From NCBI GenBank assembly GCA_026706245.1, contig JAPOZD010000219.1, forward strand, positions 1-55,687: a stretch of 55,687 nucleotides of DNA, given 5' to 3'. Positions 10,289 through 21,180 of the stretch are shown here, piece after piece. How positions within the stretch are numbered: the stretch's first letter is position 1; every line of letters begins with the position of its first letter. The notes under the pieces were generated by a model, which ran no database searches, was not told the origin of the DNA, and saw nothing but the letters and a program-made list of their open reading frames with translations. Made by a program: the position numbers and the translations under genes. This stretch comes from Alphaproteobacteria bacterium (GTDB lineage: Bacteria > Pseudomonadota > Alphaproteobacteria > Bin95).

Positions 10289-11518
10289 TTGCCTGCCGCC
10301 ATCGATTACGACGCCCTGCTTGCGCCCGGCCTGCCGCCGCCGGCCCCGCGCTGGAACGGGTTCGCGCCCTATAATTTCATCGGCGGCAATGTCGATGCGG
10401 CGAGCATGCCGGTCGAGGACATGATTGCCGCGACCGCCTCGGCGCTCCGCCGGGAAGGGACGACGCTGGCGACCTACGGGCTGGACAGCGGGCCGCTCGG
10501 CTACCGGCCGCTGCGCGAGTTCGTGGCCGCCAAGCTCCTGGGGCGCAGCGGCCTCTCGGTCTCGCCCGACAATGTCCTCATCACCTCAGGCTCGAACCAG
10601 GGGCTGGACCTCGTCAACGAGATCTTCCTCTGTCCCGGCGATACGGTGCTGGTCGAGCAGTTCAGCTATGGCAGCGCGCTCGCCCGCCTGCGCAAGCTCG
10701 GCGCCAGGCCGGTGGGCATTCCGCTGGACGACGACGGCATGCGCATGGACCGGCTTGCCGAAACGCTGGCCGCGCTCGCGTCGGAGGGCGTGAAGCCGAA
10801 ATTCATCTATGTCATCCCGACGATCCAGAACCCCGGCGGCAGCATCATGCCGGAAGCCAGGCGGGCCGAGCTGCTGCGCCTCTCGGCGGAATACGGCGTG
10901 CCCGTCTTCGAGGACGAGTGCTATGCCGACCTGCTGTGGACGGGCAGGCGCCCGCCCGCCATCGCGGCGATGGACGAGGGCAACCGGGTGATCCATTGCG
11001 GGTCGTTCTCGAAGACCATCGCGCCGGCGCTGCGCGTCGGATACATCGTGGCCGAGCCCGCCCTCATCGCCCGCATGGTCGCCTGCAAGACCGACGGCGG
11101 CACCGGCGCGCTCGAGCAGCTGATGCTGGCGGAATACTGCCGGACCCGCTTCGATGCCCATGTCGATCGTGTAACGGGGCTGCTCAAGGAAAAGCTCGAC
11201 GCCATGACCGGGGCGCTGGAGGAGCATTTCGGCACGGCAGCGGAGTTCGTGCCGCCGGAAGGCGGCATCTTCCTGTGGATTTCCCTCCCGGACGCGGTGG
11301 ACGCGATGAAACTGGCCGCCGCCTCGGCCGCCGCCGGCATCGCCATCAATCCGGGTCCGGAATGGTCCGCCGAGGCCGAACCCGCCCGCTCGCGCATCCG
11401 GCTCTGCTTCGGCAACCCGACCGTGGAGGAAATCCGCAACGGCGTGGGGAAGCTCGCCGAAATCTGCCACCGCGAGTTCGGAATTCCGCTCCGTAGCGGC
11501 AATATCGAGCGTGCTTGA
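10289..11518 (+). CDS. PLP-dependent aminotransferase, class I/II fold
   Basis: 409 aa. TTG start 9 nt after GAAGGAG. SFSKTIAPALRVGY contains the PLP-lysine motif, and there is family-wide similarity (ITSGSNQGLDL, QNPGG). Confidence 0.8.
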   Translation: MPAAIDYDALLAPGLPPPAPRWNGFAPYNFIGGNVDAASMPVEDMIAATASALRREGTTLATYGLDSGPLGYRPLREFVAAKLLGRSGLSVSPDNVLITSGSNQGLDLVNEIFLCPGDTVLVEQFSYGSALARLRKLGARPVGIPLDDDGMRMDRLAETLAALASEGVKPKFIYVIPTIQNPGGSIMPEARRAELLRLSAEYGVPVFEDECYADLLWTGRRPPAIAAMDEGNRVIHCGSFSKTIAPALRVGYIVAEPALIARMVACKTDGGTGALEQLMLAEYCRTRFDAHVDRVTGLLKEKLDAMTGALEEHFGTAAEFVPPEGGIFLWISLPDAVDAMKLAAASAAAGIAINPGPEWSAEAEPARSRIRLCFGNPTVEEIRNGVGKLAEICHREFGIPLRSGNIERA

Positions 11519-11569
11519 CGTCGGGGCGCCCGAGGGAGCTATGTTGCGCCGTTCGAAGGGAGGTCGCGG

Positions 11570-11818
11570 ATGGAGCGAATTGTAAAGCTGCATATCGAGA
11601 GGCAGCCGGAAGGCGTCTGGCTGGCGACCTCTGAGGAGATACCCGGTCTCGTCGCACAGGGGCGAACGGTGACCGAGACGCTGGAAATCGCTCGCGATGT
11701 CGCCCGGAAACTTCTGGAAGCCCGGTCCGAACGGCAGGGACAACCGGGACTTGATGAGACAGGTGCGGTCCCGATCGGGAATCGTCTCGACTATCCGCTG
11801 GTGGTCGGCGGAGTCTGA
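11570..11818 (+). CDS. hicB: HicB-family antitoxin (UPF0150-type, N-terminal domain only)
   Basis: 82 aa. HicB-like pattern (W.A...E.PG..AQG.T..E....A.......). It sits immediately upstream of hicA, with its stop codon abutting the hicA ATG. Visibly AT-richer than the neighbouring DNA. Confidence 0.7.
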   Translation: MERIVKLHIERQPEGVWLATSEEIPGLVAQGRTVTETLEIARDVARKLLEARSERQGQPGLDETGAVPIGNRLDYPLVVGGV

Positions 11819-12046
11819 ATGGGCCGGCTTGCAGGGTTCCGCTACCGCACTGTCGTCAGACGCCTGAAGTCGTTCGGATTTGCGTTCGACCGCCAAGCAG
11901 CCGGGTCCCACGAAATCTGGTTCAACGCTCAGTCCAACCGCTACACTACCGTTCCCAATCATCCCGGAGCGATGCCAGAAGGCACTTTGCGGGCTATCCT
12001 GAGACAGGCGGGGGTTTCGGTGGACGACTTTCTGAATTCGAAATAG
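11819..12046 (+). CDS. hicA: HicA-family mRNA interferase toxin
   Basis: 75 aa. YcfA/HicA hallmarks: L...GF......GSHEIW.........TVPNHPG..MPEGTLRAILRQAGVS. Confidence 0.8.
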   Translation: MGRLAGFRYRTVVRRLKSFGFAFDRQAAGSHEIWFNAQSNRYTTVPNHPGAMPEGTLRAILRQAGVSVDDFLNSK

Positions 12047-12073
12047 GCGAATCCGCTTGCGCGAATAGCGCCG

Positions 12074-13174
12074 TCAGCCCCGGCCGGAGCCGCCTTCGAG
12101 GGTGAGGACGCGGGCAGCGAGGCGGCGCAGCTGGGTGGCGACGCGGCCCATGCGCGCCAGATGCGCCTGGGCGGCGAGATAGACGGATTTGGGCCGTGCC
12201 GGATAGCCGACCCAGACCTGGCCGGGCGGCACGGACTTCCAGACCGCCGCAGCACCCCCGACCACGGCGTCGTCGCCGATCTCGATATGGTCGGCGAGCA
12301 TGGCCGCGCCCCCCAACACCACCCGGTCGCCGATCCGCGTGCTGCCGGCGATGCCGGTCTTGCCGGAAATCAGGCAGTCCTCGCCGATGGTGATGTTGTG
12401 GGCGATCTGGCAGAGATTATCGATCTTGGTGCGTGCGCCGATGCGGGTGGCCCCGATATTGGAGCGGTCTATGCAGCTGTTGGCGCCGACCTCCACATCG
12501 TCGCCGAGCACGACCCGGCCGAGCGAGCCGATGCGCCGGACGCGCTCATTGACAACGCCGTGATAGTCCCCGGAGCGCCGCGCCACCTCGAAAGAAGCCG
12601 GCCCGTGCGTCACATAGCTGAAACCGTCCGCGCCGATGACCGCGCCGGCCTGCAAGATCACCCGCGCGCCCAGCACCACGCCTTCGCCGACGCGCGCGCC
12701 GGCATGGATCAGGCAGTCGGGCCCGATGCGCGCCCCCGCCCCGACCGAGGCGTGCGAAAGGATGCGTACGCCCGCGCCGATCTCCGCTCCCGGCCCTATC
12801 GAGACGAACGGCCCGAGCGCGACACCCGCGCCCAGCGCCGCATCCCCGGCGACATCCGCGGTCGGATGCACGCCCGGCGGCGCATGCGGCCCCGGATCGA
12901 ACAGCGCCACCAGCCCGGCCAGCGCATAGCGCGGCGCCTCCACCTCGACCCAGGCGTCGAGCGCGCCTTCGGGCGGCTCCGAGCCCTGCGGCAGCACGGC
13001 GGCGCGCACCGGCGACGCCGCCAGCATGGCGGCATGGCGCGCCTCCATCAGGAAGACGAGGTCGTCGGCCCCGCGCGCCTCTACGGGATGCACCAGGCGC
13101 TCGACCGCAAGCTCTCCGTCGCCGTGCAAGCGCCCTTCGGTCGCGGCTGCGACCGCTTCGAGCGCAACGGCCAT
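12074..13174 (-). CDS. LpxD-like UDP-3-O-acylglucosamine N-acyltransferase paralog (left-handed beta-helix)
   Basis: 366 aa. Hexapeptide repeats and an LpxD-type core ([51 protein letters not shown]). It is not in a bamA-fabZ-lpxA context. Its ATG overlaps the stop of the upstream molybdoenzyme gene (ATGA). Confidence 0.75.
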   Translation of the reverse strand: MAVALEAVAAATEGRLHGDGELAVERLVHPVEARGADDLVFLMEARHAAMLAASPVRAAVLPQGSEPPEGALDAWVEVEAPRYALAGLVALFDPGPHAPPGVHPTADVAGDAALGAGVALGPFVSIGPGAEIGAGVRILSHASVGAGARIGPDCLIHAGARVGEGVVLGARVILQAGAVIGADGFSYVTHGPASFEVARRSGDYHGVVNERVRRIGSLGRVVLGDDVEVGANSCIDRSNIGATRIGARTKIDNLCQIAHNITIGEDCLISGKTGIAGSTRIGDRVVLGGAAMLADHIEIGDDAVVGGAAAVWKSVPPGQVWVGYPARPKSVYLAAQAHLARMGRVATQLRRLAARVLTLEGGSGRG

Positions 13175-15246
13175 CAGGCGGCGCGCACCCAGACCGCCGT
13201 GTCGTGGAACACGCCGCCGCCGACGGGCGGAGCCGCATCGGCGGAGGTGAGCGCATTGATGCCGAGCCCTTCCTCGAACGCCTCATGCGGCCAGATGCTC
13301 TCCACCACCACGACGCCTCGCCGGACCCCGTCGAAATGCCGGGCGTGGACGACGACCGACGCCTTGTCGTTGCCGACCCGCGTGCGCCCGCCGTCGGGAA
13401 TGCCGAGCGCGTCCGCATCCTCGGGATGGATCATCACCGTCGGCCGCCCCTCGCGCTGCTGCGAGGTCGGCGTCTCGGTGAAGGAGGAGTTGAGATAGCC
13501 GCGCGCCGGCGAGGTCGCCATGCGGAACGGTTTGTCTGCGGTGGCGTTCTCGATGGCGTCCCAGTGGTCCGGCAGGCCCGGCATGCCGGCGGCGTTGTTG
13601 TGGGCGCGCGGCGAGAAGGCCCCCCAATCCGGCTTGAAACGGAACCTGCCGTCCGGCCAGGCGAAGCCGTCCAGATAATGCGCGGTGCGGAAGTCCGGCT
13701 GAGCGTCGGACCAACGCTCGGCCTTCAGCTCCTCGAAGCCCGGATAGCCGGAGCGGCGGAGCGTGGCGTCGGCCACCTCGGCCGCGGTCATCGCATAACC
13801 CGGATGATCGACCCCGAGCCGCTTTGCGAGCGCCGCCGTCACCTCGTGGTTCGACCGGCATTCGCCCGGCGGCTCGACGATCTTCGGCCCGGCGATGACA
13901 TAGCTGTGCCCGCCGCCCTGGTAGATGTCGTCATGCTCGAGGAACATGGTGGCCGGCAGCACAAGATCGGCCATTTGCGCGGTCGCGGTCATGAACTGCT
14001 CATGCACGCAGGCGAACAGGTCCTCGCGCTCGAAACCGGCGCGCACGAGGAGGTGCTCGGGCGCCACCATCATCGGGTTGGTGTTCTGGATCAGCATCGC
14101 CGTCACCGGCGGGCCGCCCTGCAGGTCGGCGGGCTTGCCGGTCAGCACCGGGCCGATGCGCGTCTGGTCGAGCAGGCGCACATCCGGGTCGCGCACGTCC
14201 AGCCCCTCGATCAGCGACTTGTCCCAGCCATAGATCGCGCCGTTGTTGTGGAAGGCGCCGCCGCCCTCATATTTCCAGGCGCCCGTGACCGCGGCGATGC
14301 AGGAAGCGGCATGCATGTTCACCGCGCCGTTGCGCTGGCGCGAGAAGCCGTAGCCAAGGCGCAGATAGGTGCGTTTCGTCCGGCCGATCTCGCCCGCCAG
14401 CGCCTCGATCTCGGCCGCCGGCACGCCGCAGATCGCCTCGGCCCATTCGGGCGTGCGGCTTGCCAGATGCGCCTCCAACTCCGCCGGCGCGTCGGTCATC
14501 GCCTCCAGATAGGCCCGGTCGGCATGGCTGTCGCGGAACAGCACATGCATGATCGCGCAGGCGAGCGCGCCGTCCGTGCCGGGGCGCACGCAGAGGAAGC
14601 GGTCGGCCTGCTTCGCCGTCTCGTTGCGATAGACGTCGATGACGACGATGCGCGCGCCCCTTTCCTTGCGGGCGCGGACGGCGTGCGTCATCACATTCAC
14701 CTGGGTGGCGGCGGCGTTGGTGCCCCAGATCACCAGCAGGTCGGCCTTCGCCATCTCGCGCGGGTCGGAGCCGGCGAGCCTGCCCGTGCCGGCGATGAAG
14801 CCGTTCCAGGCAAGCGTGGTGCAGATGGTGGCGTGGAAGCCGGAATAGCGCTTGACGTGCCGGAGCCGGTTGATGCCGTCGCGCTGCACCAGGCCCATCG
14901 TGCCGGCATAGTAGTAGGGCCAGACGGTCTCCGGCCCATGCGTCGCCTCGGCCTCCAGGAACTTCTCGGCGCAGAGGTCGAGGGCCTTATCCCAGGAAAT
15001 GCGCTCGAACTTGCCCGAGCCCTTGGTGCCGGTGCGGACCATCGGATGGAGCAGGCGGTCCGGGTGGTGGATGCGCTCGGCATAGCGCGCGACCTTTGCG
15101 CAGACCACCCCGGCGGTGTAGTCGTTTTCGCGGGCGCCCCGGACGCGGCCGATGCTGTGCGCGTCGAAGCGTTCGACCTCGAGCGCGCAGGTCGACGGGC
15201 AATCGTGCGGGCAGGCGCTGAAATGGATGGTCGGGCTTCCGTCCAT
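13174..15246 (-). CDS. Molybdopterin-dependent oxidoreductase (bis-MGD family, cytoplasmic, N-terminal 4Fe-4S motif)
   Basis: 690 aa from the ATG at 15246-15244. CPHDCPSTC...C cluster motif, molybdopterin oxidoreductase and C-terminal MopB beta-barrel regions, and no signal peptide. The ORF-track 94-aa extension was rejected. Confidence 0.85.
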   Translation of the reverse strand: MDGSPTIHFSACPHDCPSTCALEVERFDAHSIGRVRGARENDYTAGVVCAKVARYAERIHHPDRLLHPMVRTGTKGSGKFERISWDKALDLCAEKFLEAEATHGPETVWPYYYAGTMGLVQRDGINRLRHVKRYSGFHATICTTLAWNGFIAGTGRLAGSDPREMAKADLLVIWGTNAAATQVNVMTHAVRARKERGARIVVIDVYRNETAKQADRFLCVRPGTDGALACAIMHVLFRDSHADRAYLEAMTDAPAELEAHLASRTPEWAEAICGVPAAEIEALAGEIGRTKRTYLRLGYGFSRQRNGAVNMHAASCIAAVTGAWKYEGGGAFHNNGAIYGWDKSLIEGLDVRDPDVRLLDQTRIGPVLTGKPADLQGGPPVTAMLIQNTNPMMVAPEHLLVRAGFEREDLFACVHEQFMTATAQMADLVLPATMFLEHDDIYQGGGHSYVIAGPKIVEPPGECRSNHEVTAALAKRLGVDHPGYAMTAAEVADATLRRSGYPGFEELKAERWSDAQPDFRTAHYLDGFAWPDGRFRFKPDWGAFSPRAHNNAAGMPGLPDHWDAIENATADKPFRMATSPARGYLNSSFTETPTSQQREGRPTVMIHPEDADALGIPDGGRTRVGNDKASVVVHARHFDGVRRGVVVVESIWPHEAFEEGLGINALTSADAAPPVGGGVFHDTAVWVRAA

Positions 15247-15310
15247 GGGTGGGGCCGCTCCTTGCGCGTTGCGGCCGGCGAGTATAGCGAAGGGGAGGGG
15301 CGCGCGCGAC

Positions 15311-16240
15311 ATGGCGGCACTGAGCGAGATAGCGAGCGGACTCCGGTTTCCCGAGGGGCCGGTGGTCCTGCCCGGCGGCGACATTCTGGTCTGCGAGATC
15401 GCGGCCGGGCGCATCGCGCGCATCGCGCCGGACGGCGCGCGGTCGGTCGTTGCGGAGACCGGCGGCGGCCCCAACGGCGCCGCGCTCGGCCCCGACGGCA
15501 GGCTCTGGGTCTGCAACAATGGCGGCATGGAGTGGTTCGACCGCGACGGCAGGCTCTTCCCGATCGGCTGCGCGCGCGACTATGAGGGCGGATCGATCCA
15601 GCGCGTCGACCTGGAAACCGGCGCGGTCGAGACGGTCTGGCGGGATTGCGAGGGCGAACCGCTCAAGGGGCCGAACGACCTCGTCTTCGACCGGACGGGT
15701 GGCCTCTGGTTCACCGACAATGGCAAGGACCGCGGGCGCGTGCGGGACGTGACCGGGCTTTTCTACGCGCCGGCGGACGGCGGGCCGGTCCGCGAGGCCG
15801 TCTGGCCGCTTCACGCGCCGAACGGGGTCGGCCTCTCGCCGGAGGAGGACCGGGTCTATGTGGCCGAGACCGAAACGGCGCGGCTCATCGCCTTCGACCT
15901 CGAGGCGCCGGGCGTCATCGCCGGCTCCGGCGGCAGAACCGTGCGCGGCCATCGCGGGCGCTGCCTCCACGGCGCGCCCGGCCTGCAATTTTTCGACTCG
16001 CTTGCGGTCGAGGCCGATGGCCGCATCTGCGTCGCGACGATCCACAATGGCGGCATCACCGTCATCCCGCCGGACGGCGGCGCGGCGGAGCATGTGCCGA
16101 TGCCGGACCCGGTGACCACCAATATCGCCTTCGGCGGGCCGGACCTCCGCACCGCCTGCATCACCCTCTCCATGTCCGGCCGGCTGGTTTCCACGGAGTG
16201 GGACCGCCCCGGCCTGCCCCTCAATTTCCTGAACCGGTAG
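15311..16240 (+). CDS. SMP-30/gluconolactonase/LRE-family beta-propeller protein
   Basis: 309 aa from the ATG at 15311. Repeated propeller motifs (PEGP, PNGAALGPDGRLWVCNNGG, GPNDLVFD, PNGVGLSPEE). Confidence 0.8.
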   Translation: MAALSEIASGLRFPEGPVVLPGGDILVCEIAAGRIARIAPDGARSVVAETGGGPNGAALGPDGRLWVCNNGGMEWFDRDGRLFPIGCARDYEGGSIQRVDLETGAVETVWRDCEGEPLKGPNDLVFDRTGGLWFTDNGKDRGRVRDVTGLFYAPADGGPVREAVWPLHAPNGVGLSPEEDRVYVAETETARLIAFDLEAPGVIAGSGGRTVRGHRGRCLHGAPGLQFFDSLAVEADGRICVATIHNGGITVIPPDGGAAEHVPMPDPVTTNIAFGGPDLRTACITLSMSGRLVSTEWDRPGLPLNFLNR

Positions 16241-16246
16241 CCCGGC

Positions 16247-17041
16247 TCAGGCGATCCACCAGTCCGGGTGGCTTTCGCGCAGCGCTTCGTGCGCCCGGTC
16301 GCGGGCAGCTTTGTCGGCGAAGGCGGCGAAGCAGGTGGCGCCGCTGCCCGACATGCGGGCGAACAGCGCGCCGTCGAGCGCCGCCAGCGCCGCCAGCGTG
16401 CCGGCGATCCCGGGCGCGAGCGAGATGGCGGCCTCGGTCAGGTCATTCGCGCAGCCGGCGAGGTCCGCCGCCGTCTCCGGCCAGGGTCGGCTCTCCCGGA
16501 AGGGGCCGCGTCGCGCGCCGAACACGCCGGGCGTCGGAAGAGCGACGCCTGGATTGGCCAGCAGCAGAGGCGGCGCGGGCCAGCCCGGCAGCGGTGTGAG
16601 CCGCTCGCCGATGCCCGCGACGCCGGTGGTGCCCCCGGCGAGGCAGACCGGCACGTCCGCGCCGAGCCCGGCTGCCAGAGCCCCCAGGTCCGCCTCGATG
16701 CCCCATAGCCGCGATAGCAGCCGGAGCGCGGCGGCCGCATCGGCGGAGCCGCCGCCGAGCCCCGCCGCCACCGGCAGATTCTTCTCCAGCACCAGCCGGG
16801 CGCCCTGCCCCGGCGCCAGCGCCCTTGCTGCCCGCAGCACCAGATTGTCGGCTTCGCCCGCCAGCGCGCCTGCAAACGGCCCGGCGACCTCCAGGCTGAG
16901 ACGCTGGGCGGGCTCGGCGTAAAGCATGTCGGCCGCCTCGGCGAAGGCGACCAGGCTTTCCAGCAGGTGCAACCCGTCCGCACGCCGCCCGACGATATGC
17001 AGGTAGAGGTTGACCTTCGCCGGCGCCGGCTCGCGCAGCAT
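16247..17041 (-). CDS. ispE: 4-diphosphocytidyl-2-C-methyl-D-erythritol kinase
   Basis: 264 aa from the ATG at 17041-17039. [14 protein letters not shown] and the GHMP kinase motif [16 protein letters not shown]. Confidence 0.9.
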   Translation of the reverse strand: MLREPAPAKVNLYLHIVGRRADGLHLLESLVAFAEAADMLYAEPAQRLSLEVAGPFAGALAGEADNLVLRAARALAPGQGARLVLEKNLPVAAGLGGGSADAAAALRLLSRLWGIEADLGALAAGLGADVPVCLAGGTTGVAGIGERLTPLPGWPAPPLLLANPGVALPTPGVFGARRGPFRESRPWPETAADLAGCANDLTEAAISLAPGIAGTLAALAALDGALFARMSGSGATCFAAFADKAARDRAHEALRESHPDWWIA

Positions 17042-17046
17042 CGGGG

Positions 17047-18693
17047 TCAGCCGCAGTCGAGTCCGCAATCGAGCCGCTGGCGCAGCCCGTCGATGCGCTC
17101 GGGATCCGGGTCGAACTCCAGCGCGCGGCGCCACTGGAACCGGGCTTCGATCCGGCGCCCCGTCTTCCAGTAGGCATCGCCCAGATGTTCGTTCACCACC
17201 GGGTCCAGCGGCTCCAGGGCGGCGGCGCGCTCCAATTCCCCGACTGCCTCGTCGTAGCGGCCGGTGCGGAAATACACCCATCCCAGGCTGTCGGCGATAT
17301 AGCCGTCCCTCGGCCGCAGACCGACGGCCTTGGCCAGCATCTCTTCGGCGCGTTCGTAGCGTTCGCCGCGATCGACCCAGGAATAGCCGAGATAGTTGAG
17401 CACGTAAGCCTGGTTCGGCACGAATTCGAGCGCCTTCAGGAAATCCTGCTCGGCGCGGCTCCAGCGGCGGGTGCGCTCGAGCGCGATGCCGCGGCCGTAA
17501 TAGAGCCGCCAGTGCCGGGCCTCGGCTTTTTCCCCGATCCGGGCGATCGCGCGGTCATAGGCGCCTGCCGCATCCTCGTACCGCTCCTCGCTGCGGAGCA
17601 GATGGCCGAGTTCGCCGAGCGGGAACGGATCTTCGGGACGCGCCTTCGCCTCCGCTTCCAGGACCGCAACCGCGTCCTCGAACCGGTCCAGCGAGGCATA
17701 GGCCCGGGCGCGCTTTGCCTCGGCGGTCGGCCGCAGGATCGAGCCCGCCGGCACGGACCGGTAGGTCGCCACCGCCTCGTCGAACCGGTCCCGGTCGGCG
17801 AGAATGTCCCCCGCCAGCAGCACCGCGGCGCCGTGGCCCGGATCGAGCATGGCCGCGAGCCGGGCATAGAGGAGGGCGACGGGAACGCGCCGGCGGTTCA
17901 GCGCATCGGCCATGCCGAACAGCACTTCGGCGACGCCCTCCAACGGCGTTGAAACAAGCGGTTGGAGGCCGTCCGGCTCCTCGACATGGGGCTGCCCGCT
18001 CATGAGACGGTAGCGCCGCAATTGCTGCCGGGCGGCTGCGGCATCCCCGGCTGCCGCCCGGAACGCCGCATCGGCCAACACGCCGCGTGCGCCGAACCCT
18101 GTTTCGCGGAAGCGCTCGAAGGCGCGGCCGGCTTCGTCCATCCGGCCCGAGGCCTGGAGGAGAAGCGCGCGGTGCAGCATCGCCCAGCCGCGGGCGCCCC
18201 GGGTCTTTTCCGCCCTGGAAAGCGCCTCTTCGGCCCCGGAAGCGTCGCCTGCCGCATGGCGCGCCCAGGCAAGCCCGAGCAACCGGACCGCCTCCGGCAA
18301 AGCCTTGCTCCCGGGCGTTTCGAGCCTCCCGGCCGCGGCCCGCCAGTTCCCTTGCCGCATGTCGTCCATGGCCAGGCGCATCGCCACCAGGGCTTTGTCG
18401 AGCGCCTTGCCGCCGCCGGGCCCGTCGGCCGTCAGGGAGGCGTCCATCCGCCGGGCAAGGGCGAGGCTCGCTTCGGCGTCGCCCGCCGCGACCCGTATCC
18501 GCAGGAGGTGGCCCTGGACCATAAGATTGCCGGGGTCGGCCTCCAGCGCGCGCCGGTAGAAGTCTTCGGCGGCCCCGAGGTCGAACTGCTGCTCCGCGTA
18601 GCGGGCCGCGAGCCATTCGGTGAGCGCCGGCGCAGCCTCCGGGCGGCAGGCGGCCGGGAAGAGGAGCGCTAGTGCCAGAAGAAAGGCGCGCAT
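17047..18693 (-). CDS. Tetratricopeptide-repeat protein with N-terminal signal/lipoprotein-like sequence
   Basis: 548 aa. [17 protein letters not shown]-terminus and multiple TPR-like units. It ends 6 nt before ispE, which is a common TPR-ispE synteny in alphaproteobacteria. Confidence 0.75.
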   Translation of the reverse strand: MRAFLLALALLFPAACRPEAAPALTEWLAARYAEQQFDLGAAEDFYRRALEADPGNLMVQGHLLRIRVAAGDAEASLALARRMDASLTADGPGGGKALDKALVAMRLAMDDMRQGNWRAAAGRLETPGSKALPEAVRLLGLAWARHAAGDASGAEEALSRAEKTRGARGWAMLHRALLLQASGRMDEAGRAFERFRETGFGARGVLADAAFRAAAGDAAAARQQLRRYRLMSGQPHVEEPDGLQPLVSTPLEGVAEVLFGMADALNRRRVPVALLYARLAAMLDPGHGAAVLLAGDILADRDRFDEAVATYRSVPAGSILRPTAEAKRARAYASLDRFEDAVAVLEAEAKARPEDPFPLGELGHLLRSEERYEDAAGAYDRAIARIGEKAEARHWRLYYGRGIALERTRRWSRAEQDFLKALEFVPNQAYVLNYLGYSWVDRGERYERAEEMLAKAVGLRPRDGYIADSLGWVYFRTGRYDEAVGELERAAALEPLDPVVNEHLGDAYWKTGRRIEARFQWRRALEFDPDPERIDGLRQRLDCGLDCG

Positions 18694-18702
18694 CGCCCGC
18701 CC

Positions 18703-20370
18703 TCACATATTCGGATAGTTGGGTCCGCCGCCGCCTTCCGGCACTGTCCAGACGATGTTCTGGGTCGGGTCCTTGATGTCGCAGGTCTTGCAGTGGACGC
18801 AGTTCTGGGCGTTGATCTGGAGGCGCGGGCCGCCGCCGTCCTCAACGATCTCGTAAACCCCGGCCGGGCAGTAGCGCTGCTCGGGCGCATCGAATTCGGC
18901 GAGATTGACCCGGATGGGGAGTTCCGCATCCTTCAGCACCAGATGGACCGGCTGGTCCTCTTCGTGGTTGGTGCCGGAAAGATAGACCGAGGACGGCTTG
19001 TCGAAAGACACCACCCCGTCCGGCTTCGGGTATTCGATCGGTTCGTGGTCGTCGCGACGGCCGGTGGCGGCATGGTCCGTGCTGTGGTGGCGCAGCGTCC
19101 ATGGCGCCCGGCCGCGCAGCAGTATCTGGTCGAAGCCCGCATGGAGCATTCCGGCCGCAAGGCCCCAGCGGAAGCCGGGGCGGACATTGCGCGCCCGGTA
19201 GAGTTCGTCATGCAGCCAGGACGCGCGGAAGGCCTCCGGATAGGCCGTGAGTTCGTCGCCCCCTTCCGAACCCTCCGACAGCCGCCGGAAGGCCGCCTCG
19301 GCGGCCAGCATGCCGGTCTTCATGGCGCTGTGGCTGCCCTTGATGCGCGGCACATTGAGGAACCCCGCCTCGCAGCCGATCAGCGCGCCGCCGGGAAACA
19401 CGAGCTTCGGCAGCGCCTGTATCCCGCCCTCGTTCACGGCGCGGGCCCCGTAGGCGACGCGCTGCCCGCCTTCGAAGAAGGGGCGGATCTTCGGGTGGGT
19501 CTTGTAGCGCTGGAACTCGTCGAAGGGGCTGAGCCAGGGATTCCGGTAGTCGAGAGCGATGACGAAGCCGACCGCCACCTGCCCGCCCGCCAGATGGTAG
19601 AGGAAGGACCCGCCATAGGTGCGCCCGTCCATCGGCCAGCCGGCGGTATGGACCACCAGCCCCGGTTCGTGGACCGCCGGATCGACGTCCCACAGCTCCT
19701 TGATGCCGATGCCGTAGGTCTGCGGCTGGCAGTCCCGCCGGAGGTCGAAGCGGTCCATGAGCTGCTTGCCGAGCGAGCCCCGGCCGCCCTCGGCGAACAT
19801 CGTGTATCTGGCGCGCAGCTCTATGCCGGGCTCGTGCGTCGCCTTGGGGTCGCCGTCGCGCCCGATGCCCATGTCGCCCGTCGCCACGCCGGCCACCGAC
19901 CCGTCCTCGCGGTAAAGCACTTCGGCGGCGGCGAAACCGGGATAGATTTCCACCTCGAGCGCCTCGGCCTGTTCGGCCATCCAGCGGCAGACATTGCCGA
20001 GGCTCACGATATGGTTGCCGTGGTTGCGCAATGTCGGCGGCAGGAACGGGCCCGGCACCCGAAAGGCGCGTTTCTCGCCGAGCAGAAAGAACCGGTCCTC
20101 CCTGACCGGCGTGTCCAGAGGCGCGCCGAGCTCCTGCCAGTCGGGCAGCAATTCGTTGAGCGCGCGCGGATCGAGAACGGCGCCCGAGAGGATATGGGCG
20201 CCGATCTCGGAGCCTTTCTCGATCAGGCAGACGGCAAGTTCGGACCCGGCCTCGGCCGCAAGCTGTTTCAGGCGTATCGCGGCAGCCAGCCCTGCCGGGC
20301 CGCCGCCGACGATGACGACATCGAACTCCATGCTCTCGCGTTCCATGTCCGCCTTCTCCATCCGGCGCAT
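18703..20370 (-). CDS. Electron-transfer flavoprotein:ubiquinone oxidoreductase (ETF-QO)
   Basis: 555 aa (alternative start at 20346). FAD motif [12 protein letters not shown] and a C-terminal 4Fe-4S region CPAGVYE...[13 protein letters not shown]. Confidence 0.9.
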   Translation of the reverse strand: MRRMEKADMERESMEFDVVIVGGGPAGLAAAIRLKQLAAEAGSELAVCLIEKGSEIGAHILSGAVLDPRALNELLPDWQELGAPLDTPVREDRFFLLGEKRAFRVPGPFLPPTLRNHGNHIVSLGNVCRWMAEQAEALEVEIYPGFAAAEVLYREDGSVAGVATGDMGIGRDGDPKATHEPGIELRARYTMFAEGGRGSLGKQLMDRFDLRRDCQPQTYGIGIKELWDVDPAVHEPGLVVHTAGWPMDGRTYGGSFLYHLAGGQVAVGFVIALDYRNPWLSPFDEFQRYKTHPKIRPFFEGGQRVAYGARAVNEGGIQALPKLVFPGGALIGCEAGFLNVPRIKGSHSAMKTGMLAAEAAFRRLSEGSEGGDELTAYPEAFRASWLHDELYRARNVRPGFRWGLAAGMLHAGFDQILLRGRAPWTLRHHSTDHAATGRRDDHEPIEYPKPDGVVSFDKPSSVYLSGTNHEEDQPVHLVLKDAELPIRVNLAEFDAPEQRYCPAGVYEIVEDGGGPRLQINAQNCVHCKTCDIKDPTQNIVWTVPEGGGGPNYPNM

Positions 20371-20406
20371 TTTGCGCTAACATAGTCTGGACATTCAGGC
20401 TGCGCC

Positions 20407-21180
20407 ATGACTGAACGGGAACCCTTGTTCGCGGCGCTGGAGTGGCAATTGGAGGCGGGTGTGGACGAGGTTGTCGGCTTCGAGCCGTTAGACCGGTTCA
20501 CCCCGCCCCCGGCAAGCAAGGCGCCGGTTTCCCCGCCCCCCGCTCCCGGGGCGGCGTCGTCACGCGCGCGCCCGGCGGCAGCGGCGTCCGCCGCGCAGGA
20601 TACGGCAGCGGACGGCGATCTCGATGCGCTCCGCGAGCGCCTGCTCGCCTTCGATGGCTGCGCGCTGAAGAACACGGCCACCAACACCGTGTTCGGCGAA
20701 GGGCCGTCCGGGGCCGGCCTGATGATCGTCGGCGAGGCGCCGGGAGCCGATGAAGACCGTCAGGGCCGCCCCTTCGTCGGGCCGAGCGGGCGGCTTCTGG
20801 AACGGATGCTGGCCGCAATCGGGGTCGCGCGCGAGGAGGTCTATATCGCCAACACCGTCTATTGGCGCCCCCCGGGCAACCGCACGCCTTCGGCGGAGGA
20901 GGTGGAAGCCTGCCGTCCGTTCGTGGACCGGCAGATTGCGCTGGTGGCGCCGAGAGTGCTGATGCTGGCCGGCGGCGCGGCCGCCAAGACGCTGCTCGGC
21001 ACGACGGAGGGCATCATGCGCCTGCGCGGGCGCTGGCAGGCTTTCGCGACGCCCGACGGGCCGATCGATGTCATGCCGACCTTCCACCCGGCTTTCCTGC
21101 TGCGTTCGCCGGCGCGCAAGCGCGAATCCTGGCGCGACCTGCTGGCCGTGAAGGCCCGGCTGGAGTCCGGACGCTCGTGA
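20407..21180 (+). CDS. Uracil-DNA glycosylase, family 4
   Basis: 257 aa. Family-4 motifs GEAPGADEDRQGRPFVGPSG and HPAFLLR. N-terminal Ala/Pro-rich extension. Confidence 0.85.
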   Translation: MTEREPLFAALEWQLEAGVDEVVGFEPLDRFTPPPASKAPVSPPPAPGAASSRARPAAAASAAQDTAADGDLDALRERLLAFDGCALKNTATNTVFGEGPSGAGLMIVGEAPGADEDRQGRPFVGPSGRLLERMLAAIGVAREEVYIANTVYWRPPGNRTPSAEEVEACRPFVDRQIALVAPRVLMLAGGAAAKTLLGTTEGIMRLRGRWQAFATPDGPIDVMPTFHPAFLLRSPARKRESWRDLLAVKARLESGRS

